DNA from: an uncultured Dehalococcoidaceae bacterium
GTDB lineage: Bacteria > Chloroflexota > Dehalococcoidia > Dehalococcoidales > RBG-16-60-22
Assembly: GCA_964503235.1 (NCBI GenBank)
Contig: CAZCZJ010000003.1
Location: 1 to 61,368 of the forward strand
DNA: 61,368 bases
Direction of reading: 5' to 3'
Shown one piece after another: positions 9,798-18,394 of this stretch (its first letter is position 1; the number at the start of each line of letters is the position of its first letter). The notes under the pieces were generated by a model, which saw nothing but the letters and a program-made list of their open reading frames with translations, was not told the DNA's origin and made no database searches. The translations under genes were made by a program, and so were the position numbers.

Positions 9798-10742
9798 ATG
9801 AATAAAGCAGTCGTTACCGGCGGCGCCGGATTCATAGGTTCACATATCGCGGAAGAACTGAGCAAACGCGGCTATCAGGTTACGATAATCGATAATCTGT
9901 CTACCGGCAATTTATCAAATATTGAATCGATTCTCCGTAGCAGAAATGCTGAGTTTGTTCAGGGTAGTATAGTTGATTTGCCGGTACTGCGTAAACTGTT
10001 CTCGGGTACAGACTATGTCTTCCATCAGGCGGCGATACCCAGCGTTCCGCGTAGTATTAAGAATCCGAAAGCGTCCCATAACATCAATGCTACCGGTACT
10101 CTGAACGTGCTACTAGCTGCCCGCGATAAGGATGTTAAAAAAGTGGTCTATGCTTCGTCTTCATCAGTTTACGGTGATACCCCAACTCTTCCCAAGGTTG
10201 AAGATATGACTCCAAATCCCCTATCGCCCTACGCTATATCCAAACTCACCGCGGAGTACTACTGCAGGGTATTTCACGAAATTTACGGACTGCAGACCGT
10301 TTCTTTGCGGTATTTCAACGTTTACGGTCCGAGACAGGATCCTGATTCTCCGTATGCCGCTGTTATTCCTTTATTCATAAATCTGGCACTAGCGGGAAAG
10401 TCACCGGTGATATTTGGCGATGGCAAGCAAAGCAGGGATTTCACCTTCGTAAAAGATGTAGCCGAAGCTAACATCCTGGCAGCCGAGAGTGAAGCTACTG
10501 GTATCTTCAACATCGGTAATTCTCAAAGAGTCACTATCAACCATTTAGTACGACTTATCATCAAGCTAGTAAGAAATAGATCCATAAAGCCAATATACAA
10601 GGATATGAGGGTTGGAGATATTCTACATAGTCTAGCCGATATCACCAAAGCCAAGGCTTTTGGTTATAATCCCAAATACAGCCTGGAAGAGGGCCTTAAG
10701 GAGACGATTAATTCGTTTCAGGAGATGCATGGGTTAAGCTAA
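9798..10742 (+). CDS. NAD-dependent nucleotide-sugar 4-epimerase (WbpP/TviC-like SDR)
   Basis: Contains GGAGFIGSH, YASSSSVYG and YAISK (the YxxxK motif). Confidence 0.85.
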   Translation: MNKAVVTGGAGFIGSHIAEELSKRGYQVTIIDNLSTGNLSNIESILRSRNAEFVQGSIVDLPVLRKLFSGTDYVFHQAAIPSVPRSIKNPKASHNINATGTLNVLLAARDKDVKKVVYASSSSVYGDTPTLPKVEDMTPNPLSPYAISKLTAEYYCRVFHEIYGLQTVSLRYFNVYGPRQDPDSPYAAVIPLFINLALAGKSPVIFGDGKQSRDFTFVKDVAEANILAAESEATGIFNIGNSQRVTINHLVRLIIKLVRNRSIKPIYKDMRVGDILHSLADITKAKAFGYNPKYSLEEGLKETINSFQEMHGLS

Positions 10743-10851
10743 TCCGCTATATAGTTAATTGGAATAATTCAGATTAATCAAATACTGCTACAAATCAGCA
10801 CAAAATAAAGGTGCACGAATTGCATGATTAACCCTTATTATCGAGGTTGGC

Positions 10852-11124
10852 ATGAGAATTCAACTTAAAGGTAGAGGTCACGTGCCAGCAATTGTTACCG
10901 GTAACGAATTTGGCATCAAAATCCTGCGAAACATGCAACAGGAAACCGATTTCGATGGTATTACCCTAGACGTCGCTCATGATATTTTCAGGGAGGCCGG
11001 GCTTGAGATTAGCCTGGATAAACCGGTTAATGTAACTAACGAAAGGCCGGTTTTAATAAACGTAAAAAGATACCTCGATGGCTCTAAAGCGCGTGAAAAA
11101 GGCTTTTACTGCCGTACACTGTAA
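10852..11124 (+). pseudogene. C-terminal fragment (~last 75 aa) of a nucleotide-sugar dehydrogenase paralog
   Basis: The fragment reads NEFGIKILRNMQQETDFDGITLDVAHDIFREAG..RPVLINVKRYLDGSKAREKGFYCRTL. This aligns with the C-terminus of 7957-9321 (EEFGIKMLKKLEDEGKFDGIILAVVHDIFKGNG..APVLVDIRRAFDGEEAIARGFYYRTL). No Rossmann or catalytic part precedes it. Confidence 0.6.
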
Positions 11125-11942
11125 TGAATAAACGGTTTACACTCAAACGTACCGCCCTGAGCCTGACTCTTACCCTTATTATCCTAGGTATTATCTTTAT
11201 CGGACTCGATATCCTTGATATCAACGAAGACTATAGACTGCATTGGCCAATAGCGGTCATCAATACCATATTCATAAGCGCAGTTGGCCTGTTGACGATA
11301 TATTCCGCTACGAAGAATTATCTTCACTCTGGTTCGCTAGAGATACTAGCCCTGGGCGGTGGCGTCCTGGCTCTGGTTTTCAGTATTACCCTTTACGGGT
11401 GGCTGACAAATACGGACCTTGATACACGTATTACCGCGTATGACAGCGGCGTATTATTAGCCTCGATTGTTTTTTTAGCAGGAGCGATCCTTGCTATAAA
11501 GATACAGGGCCCTTCCGGATGGAAGACCGGGTCTAATAAATTAAGTGTTACAATTATCTATGCCGCTGTATTTCTGCTTATTACGGTTATCACCTGGCTG
11601 GCATATCAGGACATTATTACGGTTTTTACACATGAATTTACCGAGCACTTTACCGCCAGAGACATCGTGCAGGGAATAGCCGCAATTTTCTATGTGAGCG
11701 CCGCACTGATTTATCTGAGGAAATACCGTGGTTCACAGGCTAATATCTACTTCTGGTATTCTCTGGGCTTGATACTCTTTGCCGCGGGGGTAATCTTCAT
11801 ATCACGAGGACCTCTGGAAGGCCGGATTGCCTGGCTGGGTAGAGCATCTCAGTACATTGCCAGTATCTATTTCCTCGCTGCCGCTCTAAGTGTTTACAAG
11901 CGGCCAGGCGCTAATGGAGTGGCGAGTAAAAGAGAATCATAA
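11124..11942 (+). CDS. polytopic membrane protein of unknown function (about 7 TM)
   Basis: 272-aa hydrophobic ORF. Its ATG overlaps the stop of the preceding fragment (TAATG). I recognised no catalytic motif. Confidence 0.55.
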   Translation: MNKRFTLKRTALSLTLTLIILGIIFIGLDILDINEDYRLHWPIAVINTIFISAVGLLTIYSATKNYLHSGSLEILALGGGVLALVFSITLYGWLTNTDLDTRITAYDSGVLLASIVFLAGAILAIKIQGPSGWKTGSNKLSVTIIYAAVFLLITVITWLAYQDIITVFTHEFTEHFTARDIVQGIAAIFYVSAALIYLRKYRGSQANIYFWYSLGLILFAAGVIFISRGPLEGRIAWLGRASQYIASIYFLAAALSVYKRPGANGVASKRES

Positions 11943-11962
11943 AATACGGGTACAGCAGGCCG

Positions 11963-13201
11963 CTAATTCACCAGATCCGAAGCCAGATGCAGATAGTCCC
12001 TGAGCAGGCGGGGCATGAGGTATTTACTCCTCACCGATTCTTTTCCAGCTCGGCCTATTTGTCCGGCTAATACAGGATTCTTCAGTAGAGTGACAATCCG
12101 CTCGGCGCAGTCCGACGGGCTATAAACCAAAAAACCGGTTTCTCCGTCGCTAATTTGATGCCGGATACCCCCACAATTACCACCGATTACCGGCCTTTGC
12201 TTCCACATAGCCTCCGCAACCGTTAGTCCGAAGCCTTCACGAATGGACTTCTGCAGTACAACGTCTGAACCGGATTGAAAGGCGTTCACTTCTCTGTCAC
12301 CGATAAGCTGCGGAGCGGAAAAGATATGGATATCAGAATCGTTTCCGCAGTATTCCTGCAAATTTTCCAGAATTTCAAAAGCATCAAAATCGTCTATAGC
12401 CGTCATGGCGCCGACAAAGGCGAGTTGGAGTCCGGGTATCTCTTTTTTCGCCAGCCTGTAGGCGTCAGCCACGCCCCACGGGTCTTTCCACTTATCGAAG
12501 CGGGATACCTGCGAGATAATGGGCCGGTTTAAGTCTAGACCCAGCTCAGCCATTATCTGCCTTGCCCGTGAATATGTCATTTCCCGGTGCTTTGGCTGCA
12601 GGGGGTCAATAGCCGGTGGAATTACCACGACTTCAGTGGGATTATTGCCGTTAGGGAAATACTCGGGCATGCTGGCTATTATCCTTTGATATTTTGTCAT
12701 ATAAGGAAAAAGCATTTGGCGGGCTTCTTCGTTGGGTTGGGTAGTGTCAACGTGGCAAATCCATACACCGATATCGGAATTCATAAAGGACAGCATGGGT
12801 AAAACCTGAGCATCATGAATAAACCACAGGTCGGCGTTAACTCCCATTGATTTCAAAGATTTAACCGCTTTCTCATTTCGTGCCTGATAGCAATTAAAGT
12901 CGGCGGCACTGGGTATAACACTTCCTCCCTGGAGACAGTGATGTAAGGTCTTACTTACGCTAAAGAATGAGTCATCGGGTAGCAGGGCATACCATTCCGC
13001 CTGAACACCAACTCCCTGCATAAGCGGTACCAGCGACTTGAGTATTTCCGCTACTCCCCCACCCTGAGCGGTAGCATTAATATGTATTACACGCAATCCC
13101 CGCAGCTTCTCGGCAACTCTAGTTACATCTGATAGTAAACCTTCAGATACGATACCGTGATAACCATCGAGTTTGACTGCCTGGGTAGAGACTATCTGCA
13201 T
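11963..13201 (-). CDS. GT4 glycosyltransferase, TreT (trehalose glycosyltransferring synthase)-like
   Basis: N-terminal RVIHINATAQGGGVAEILKSLVPLMQGVGV resembles TreT-type enzymes. The E-x7-E region reads EGFGLTVAEAMW. AAGGAG lies before ATG 13201. Confidence 0.7.
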   Translation of the reverse strand: MQIVSTQAVKLDGYHGIVSEGLLSDVTRVAEKLRGLRVIHINATAQGGGVAEILKSLVPLMQGVGVQAEWYALLPDDSFFSVSKTLHHCLQGGSVIPSAADFNCYQARNEKAVKSLKSMGVNADLWFIHDAQVLPMLSFMNSDIGVWICHVDTTQPNEEARQMLFPYMTKYQRIIASMPEYFPNGNNPTEVVVIPPAIDPLQPKHREMTYSRARQIMAELGLDLNRPIISQVSRFDKWKDPWGVADAYRLAKKEIPGLQLAFVGAMTAIDDFDAFEILENLQEYCGNDSDIHIFSAPQLIGDREVNAFQSGSDVVLQKSIREGFGLTVAEAMWKQRPVIGGNCGGIRHQISDGETGFLVYSPSDCAERIVTLLKNPVLAGQIGRAGKESVRSKYLMPRLLRDYLHLASDLVN

Positions 13202-13239
13202 GTAATACTCCTTTATAGCAGTATGTTGGCAAACGATGG

Positions 13240-13322
13240 GTATACCTAAGTAAAATCTAAATAATCTAACTTACAACGGCATAACACAAAGGTAAGTAAA
13301 TCTCACAAAATCAGCACAATAA
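13240..13322. repeat. copy B of the ~83-nt promoter-like module (see 7668-7750)
   Basis: See copy A. This copy starts 39 nt upstream of the GT4 start codon. Read in gene orientation it offers TTAGAT..19 nt..TATACC, where copy A offers TTGAAT..19 nt..TATACT. Confidence 0.7.
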
Positions 13323-13478
13323 CAATCTAAACAATATGGATGTTGCTCAATTCTTTAGTCAGCAATTCTACCTTAATAACTACAGGTAAGAATACGGTAG
13401 GATAAAGGCAGAATTCGATTAGATATGAAGGTAAGCCATAGATACCGGACAGCTGACTGACAGGTTATTGGCGGTTCA

Positions 13479-14444
13479 TTAATGGTAGTCTTTATACCTT
13501 CTGGTTGCCCTCTGTTCCAGCGGCAAGGAGAAGCTAAAAATACTGCCTCCCTGGGACCTGTTGCCGGCCCATATACGGCCGCCGTGGCCCTCTACTATCA
13601 TTTGACTGATATACAGGCCAAGGCCAGCACCAGGGGTGCTTTTTATTATCTGGTTATCCACACGATAGAATCGTCGGAATATATTCTCCAGGTCTTCTTC
13701 AGGCACTCCCAGTCCATCATCCGCAACACTAACAACCAGGGAGGGAAAGCTTATCGCAGGAGCATCTCCAAAGATACTGCAAAGGTCCTGTTCATCGCGA
13801 ACCAGCCGAACATCAACCGTAATTTCACCACCCTGTGGTGAGTATTTAATAGCATTATTGATAAGATTAGTTAAAACCTGTTCTATCTTTTCCGGTTCGG
13901 CTTTTACGAGAGGCAAACGCTCTACAGGGGTGATTCGTATTACATGTTTGTTCGTCTGACTCTGCATCTCGGGTATTAATTGCTGGAGTAAATCATTTAG
14001 ATAAACGGAATGGGTTATCCATGTATCAGAGTTTTCAAGATGAGAAATGTCTCTCAGATTCTCCAGCAGGCGAAGCATCCTGTTACTGGCTGATTCTATA
14101 CCGCGGAGATATTGCTTCTTCTGCTCCTCCGTAATGGACTCGCTGAGTTCCAGTAAAGTCCCGGTATATCCCTTGATAACAGTAAGAGGTGAGAGTATCT
14201 CATGCCATAACACCGAAAGATCATCCGTAGTAGTATGCGTTTTCTTATCATGTGTAGCGGCATCATAGGTTACCGGTAGACCGTCTTTATCCTTATACAC
14301 CATCAATTCCGGTTCGCTTCTATTACCACCGTCACCAAACATATACCTTTTCCCGGTTCCTTCTTTCTCCGGCAAGTTACCATCATCGCTATAATGAGTG
14401 CGGAGTAGATTTTTCTTTTGCCTAGCCGAAAGATTATGCTTCAT
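13479..14444 (-). CDS. sensor histidine kinase, cytoplasmic (no TM segment)
   Basis: H box WHEILSPLTVIKGY, N box NLINNAIKYS, G1 DDGLGVP, G2 GAGLGLYIS. Confidence 0.85.
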   Translation of the reverse strand: MKHNLSARQKKNLLRTHYSDDGNLPEKEGTGKRYMFGDGGNRSEPELMVYKDKDGLPVTYDAATHDKKTHTTTDDLSVLWHEILSPLTVIKGYTGTLLELSESITEEQKKQYLRGIESASNRMLRLLENLRDISHLENSDTWITHSVYLNDLLQQLIPEMQSQTNKHVIRITPVERLPLVKAEPEKIEQVLTNLINNAIKYSPQGGEITVDVRLVRDEQDLCSIFGDAPAISFPSLVVSVADDGLGVPEEDLENIFRRFYRVDNQIIKSTPGAGLGLYISQMIVEGHGGRIWAGNRSQGGSIFSFSLPLEQRATRRYKDYH

Positions 14445-14453
14445 CGCTTTATG

Positions 14454-15170
14454 TTAAGACCCTAACGCCTCGACTTCTTCACTAGCCCGGGCAAAGTAAT
14501 AGCCAACCCCTCGTTCGGTTAATATTAACTTTGGCGTATGGGGATTCTCTTCTATCTTCTGACGCAGGTACCGGATATAAAGTTTGACGAAGGATTTATC
14601 GCCGATATAATTAGGGCCCCAGGCTTTTTCCAGCAGCTGCTCATGAGTTACTATCCAACCGCGGTTTTTAATCAGGCATGATAAGATCCTGAATTCCGTC
14701 GGCGATAGTTTCACCCGCTTTCCCCTAACATATACCTGACGGCTTCTCCATTCTATTTCAATCTCGCCATTATGGAAATTACTCGGTTCACTATCAATAT
14801 TAGCTGAGCCGGTCCTTCTCAGGACAGCCTGAACTCTGGCTATCAGTTCACGAAAATCAACAGGTTTGGTAAGATAATCATCGACACCGAGGTCAAACCC
14901 CCTTAGTTTATCGGCTTTCTTACCATTTACCGTTACCATCATTACGGGAATATCACTCATATCCCGGATCCTGCGGCAGACTTCCCAGCCATCCATCTTG
15001 GGAATATTAGCATCCAGAAGCACCAGGTTGGGTCGGTTGCTATAGACATGGCGCATACCTTCGGCGCCATCCTGAGCGGTGAATACATCATACCCGGCAT
15101 TCTTGAGCCACATGCGGGTCAGGTTAGAGAATTCAATATCATCTTCAATTAGTAATATTTTGCCTCTCAT
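14454..15170 (-). CDS. OmpR/PhoB-family response regulator
   Basis: Receiver domain (KILLIEDD, LVLLDANIPKMDG) plus a winged-helix output domain (LSPTEFRILSCL..ILTERGVGYYF). Confidence 0.9.
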   Translation of the reverse strand: MRGKILLIEDDIEFSNLTRMWLKNAGYDVFTAQDGAEGMRHVYSNRPNLVLLDANIPKMDGWEVCRRIRDMSDIPVMMVTVNGKKADKLRGFDLGVDDYLTKPVDFRELIARVQAVLRRTGSANIDSEPSNFHNGEIEIEWRSRQVYVRGKRVKLSPTEFRILSCLIKNRGWIVTHEQLLEKAWGPNYIGDKSFVKLYIRYLRQKIEENPHTPKLILTERGVGYYFARASEEVEALGS

Positions 15171-15258
15171 CTATCTATCCTCCTACTTTGCCACTGACCT
15201 CTTTACCCACTTTTTCTACATCGATTACAATATCTGGTTAGAAAATTCAAACCGTCGG

Positions 15259-15280
15259 AAATTTGCCATATGGCATATTT
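15259..15280. promoter_or_regulatory. 22-bp near-perfect palindrome AAATTTGCCATATGGCATATTT
   Basis: The core GCCATATGGC is a perfect palindrome and the arms have one mismatch. It sits about 90-110 nt upstream of the response-regulator start, inside a 577-nt divergent intergenic region. Confidence 0.4.
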
Positions 15281-15479
15281 AGGGTACAATTAGCTTAAGG
15301 TTAAAGTTTCTGAGGAAGCTAATATAAGGATAATATGGAAGTGGCCAGATGTCAACATCACTTTTTATACCTTTTCCCACCAATTTCCAACTTTAGTCAT
15401 GATACTTAAGTACTAAACCGAACAAACATCATAATTGTAAACATTTTTATTCCGATAGTCAACTAAAAATGTCTGTTTG

Positions 15480-15521
15480 TTAACCTAATTTTTACCAATA
15501 TCTTACATGTTTCTAACTTAC
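15480..15521 (+). promoter_or_regulatory. phased direct-repeat array
   Basis: TTAAC 15480, TTTAC 15491, CTTAC 15502 and CTAAC 15513 at exact 11-nt steps, plus CTTAC at 15517. Confidence 0.45.
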
Positions 15522-15647
15522 AATAAAAGCACCTGAAATTTCAAGTCAATCGCTAACCAAAATCATCTTTGATTCCCATCTATCGCGAATTATTTGCTTA
15601 CTCAATCATCTATATTCGATTATTAGAGCACTAGAAAATGCTAGAGA

Positions 15648-15687
15648 TTCTAACCATTTTCTTACTACCCTCTGACATCAATCTAAC
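15648..15687 (+). promoter_or_regulatory. phased direct-repeat array beginning with TTCTAACC
   Basis: TTCTAACC at 15648, with CTAAC 15650, CTTAC 15661, CTGAC 15672 and CTAAC 15683 at 11-nt steps. It lies 60-100 nt upstream of ATG 15748. Confidence 0.45.
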
Positions 15688-15747
15688 GCCTCCTTAATAT
15701 CATTATTTTGTCAGCATTTATTACCTATTGGATTACTGAGAAACACC

Positions 15748-18258
15748 ATGACTGCGAGCGAAAGTGGCATTATTACCCGGAAAGCGGGAAAAATCCTGGC
15801 GGTCAATTCCGACCCGGAGGTTATTCGTATCCTGGGCGTAAATCTGACGCATGCCAACCTTGAATTCATCTCGGCACAGAGCGGGGTTGAGGCAATCGAC
15901 AAGACCTTCTCGGAGAGACCGGACATCATACTCCTAGGCCCACCACTTCCCGATATAGGGGTGAGGGATATTTACCAGCGGCTCCAGAAGTCCCCACAAA
16001 CAAATCAGATACCCATTATTGTCATCAGTTCCACAAAGTCAAAGCACATTGTTCCCAATGAAGCAGAAAACGGGTCTATCCACTATATCACCAAACCGTT
16101 TGATCCGAACGATATAGTAAATCTGGTGCAGACACATTTAAAGCAAAAGAAAAGGATGGAAAACGTTCATCCGCTTACCGGACTGCCGAACCAGACCCAG
16201 GTGGCGCTGGAAATGACCGAGCTTATCAATCAAAAAAAAATATTTGCTTTTATCTATATTGTCATTGATAACCTGGCAATATTTAATAAAGCTTATGGCT
16301 ACTTACAAGGCGACCGCTCTATCAGGCTCCTAGCCGATACTATTACAGAAAATATCCGTATCTTCGGTAATCGGGATGACCTGGTCGGGCATGTCAATGG
16401 TAATAAATTCGCTATAATCAGCGCACCACAAAAGGCAAAGACCTTGTGCTATCGGATTAACGCCGAGTTTAACCGACGGATCAGAGACCTTTACCCAGAT
16501 GAGGATATGGCAAGGGGCTACATCTCTTATGAAAATCCAGATGGTAAAAAAGAACAAAATCCCATAATGAGTCTTCGTATCGCCCTGGTTACCAACCAGA
16601 AACGCCCTTTCCGGCATTATCTTGAAGTAAGTGAAACCATCGCCGAACAGATGGACCACCTCAAGCGTTTCCCCGATGATAAATCTCATCTCAATCTTCA
16701 AGCCAGCGACACCGAGTCGGAAATGGCGGCGGCCCCCGGATGTGTGTCAGGCATACAGCGAGAAGAATTGAGAGTATTATCCGGCATTTTAGACTGGCTG
16801 GACTTCACTATCAGGGAGCTTGATAATCCCCTGGCTATTACCAGGCATAATATAGATTCTTTATCAGATCTTCATATTAAAAGTCTCGGACCCGAGCAAA
16901 AGAAAAGCATCCAGATAATCCGTGAAAAACTTGACCAGCTTAGCCTTATTATCGAAGGATTATCATGTTTAACCAGAATCAAACGGCCTACCGCTGACGC
17001 TATCTTCGAAGAGGTAGATATAGCCAATACTCTGGATTGGGTTATAAATCAGATACGAGAGACGTTAAAGCAACGTAAGATAATAATAAATATAGACGTC
17101 GCTGACAAACTCGGGCCAATCTCGATTGATAGGAGGACTCTTACCGAGTGTCTCCTTTATATAATTAGTAATGAAATCCAGTTCCTGCCCTCGAAGGGTC
17201 ACCTGAAGATACGCGGCGCTGAGATAAACGAAGAATTCCTTACTATATTGATTATCAATCCCAGCCACCATACATCCCAAAGTAGGACAGGAGTAAAAAA
17301 TCTTGATGAAATAAAGAATAGTATTTATCCCGCCAAGCTGATGCTTCAGGGGCTGGGTGGAAAGCTGAATATCACCAGTGAAAAGGAAGAAGGGATAACA
17401 TACACCCTCATCGTTCCCAAAAGATGGCATAGCTGGATGCAGGAAACCAGTTCACTGCAACAGGCAACCGAAACAAGCAGAAAAGAGGCACAGTCCGAGC
17501 TGGTAAATATCCGCTACCTACTATCGCCACTCTCAGAGCAGGTACCTCCAGCCATGAAGGATAGCCTGGAAAAAATAAGGGGAAGAATCCAAGAGTTAGG
17601 GGTACTCTGCAATCGCACACTGTTCCTGACCGAAGACCTAAATAGCCGATTGGAAATCCAGCAGGAGTCCTTGCTACAGCAAGAATTAGAACAGCTAGCC
17701 AGCGTAGAGGCAATTCTGGCGATGGGTAGAGAGATAGTCAGGTCGATGAACCTCGAATGGGTCTTTAGCCCGGAAAGAGCCGAGTTTGTGTCCAAGTACG
17801 CCTTAAGCATTGCTAGAGAATACAAGCTGTCAGAAAACGACTGTCAATCTCTACGGTATGCAGCCATGATAAACGACCTGGGACTAGTATTATCTCCCCA
17901 GATTTTGATTGAGCTTATGCTGGTATCCGCTGAAGAAGCGGTCAGAATACAAGAACGGTTCAGTCCAATGTGGAAGGCACTCTCAGGCATTCCGTTTTTA
18001 AAGACAGCCCTTCTTTTTATCCGGCATATATATAATATGTGCGGTGAAGATGGCAGTTATTCCGATGCCAAATGCTTAGAAATTCCGCCGGGAGCAAAAA
18101 TTCTATTCGTCGTGAGTTCTTTCGAGCGTCTTACCTCAGGTCTGCCGTCACAGGAGAAATTAAGCCCGAGTCAGGCAATAAACAAAATCACCAATAAATC
18201 AGGCTGGTGCTTTGACCCTGATATCCTAAATACTTTTTTACAGCTATGGCGTCGGTAA
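15748..18258 (+). CDS. multidomain signalling protein (REC, GGDEF, HisKA/HATPase-like, HD-GYP-like) with every catalytic motif degenerate
   Basis: - REC: DIILLG has Gly where the phospho-Asp should be.
- GGDEF: HPLTGLPNQ..FNKAYGYLQGD is present, but the signature reads NGNKF.
- DHp: IRELDNPLAI has Arg where the phospho-His should be.
- HATPase: no DxGxG G1 box.
- HD-GYP-like: AAMINDLGL (ND instead of HD), RHIYNMCGEDGSYSD instead of HHE..GSGYP. Confidence 0.7.
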   Translation: MTASESGIITRKAGKILAVNSDPEVIRILGVNLTHANLEFISAQSGVEAIDKTFSERPDIILLGPPLPDIGVRDIYQRLQKSPQTNQIPIIVISSTKSKHIVPNEAENGSIHYITKPFDPNDIVNLVQTHLKQKKRMENVHPLTGLPNQTQVALEMTELINQKKIFAFIYIVIDNLAIFNKAYGYLQGDRSIRLLADTITENIRIFGNRDDLVGHVNGNKFAIISAPQKAKTLCYRINAEFNRRIRDLYPDEDMARGYISYENPDGKKEQNPIMSLRIALVTNQKRPFRHYLEVSETIAEQMDHLKRFPDDKSHLNLQASDTESEMAAAPGCVSGIQREELRVLSGILDWLDFTIRELDNPLAITRHNIDSLSDLHIKSLGPEQKKSIQIIREKLDQLSLIIEGLSCLTRIKRPTADAIFEEVDIANTLDWVINQIRETLKQRKIIINIDVADKLGPISIDRRTLTECLLYIISNEIQFLPSKGHLKIRGAEINEEFLTILIINPSHHTSQSRTGVKNLDEIKNSIYPAKLMLQGLGGKLNITSEKEEGITYTLIVPKRWHSWMQETSSLQQATETSRKEAQSELVNIRYLLSPLSEQVPPAMKDSLEKIRGRIQELGVLCNRTLFLTEDLNSRLEIQQESLLQQELEQLASVEAILAMGREIVRSMNLEWVFSPERAEFVSKYALSIAREYKLSENDCQSLRYAAMINDLGLVLSPQILIELMLVSAEEAVRIQERFSPMWKALSGIPFLKTALLFIRHIYNMCGEDGSYSDAKCLEIPPGAKILFVVSSFERLTSGLPSQEKLSPSQAINKITNKSGWCFDPDILNTFLQLWRR

Positions 18259-18309
18259 AAATAAATCCTATCGAGAATATACCCCGATTACGAAAGGGAT
18301 ACATGGTTT

Positions 18310-18347
18310 CTAACCTAATCCTAACGTTATCTTACTTTTAATTTAAC
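18310..18347 (+). promoter_or_regulatory. phased direct-repeat array preceded by TTCTAACC (18308)
   Basis: CTAAC 18310, CTAAC 18321, CTTAC 18331 and TTAAC 18343, with steps of 11, 10 and 12 nt. It lies 50-90 nt upstream of the ugd start. Confidence 0.45.
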
Positions 18348-18394
18348 TTGATTTAGTGAAAATAGAAATAATAAACACGGGAGTAGTTATTCAC

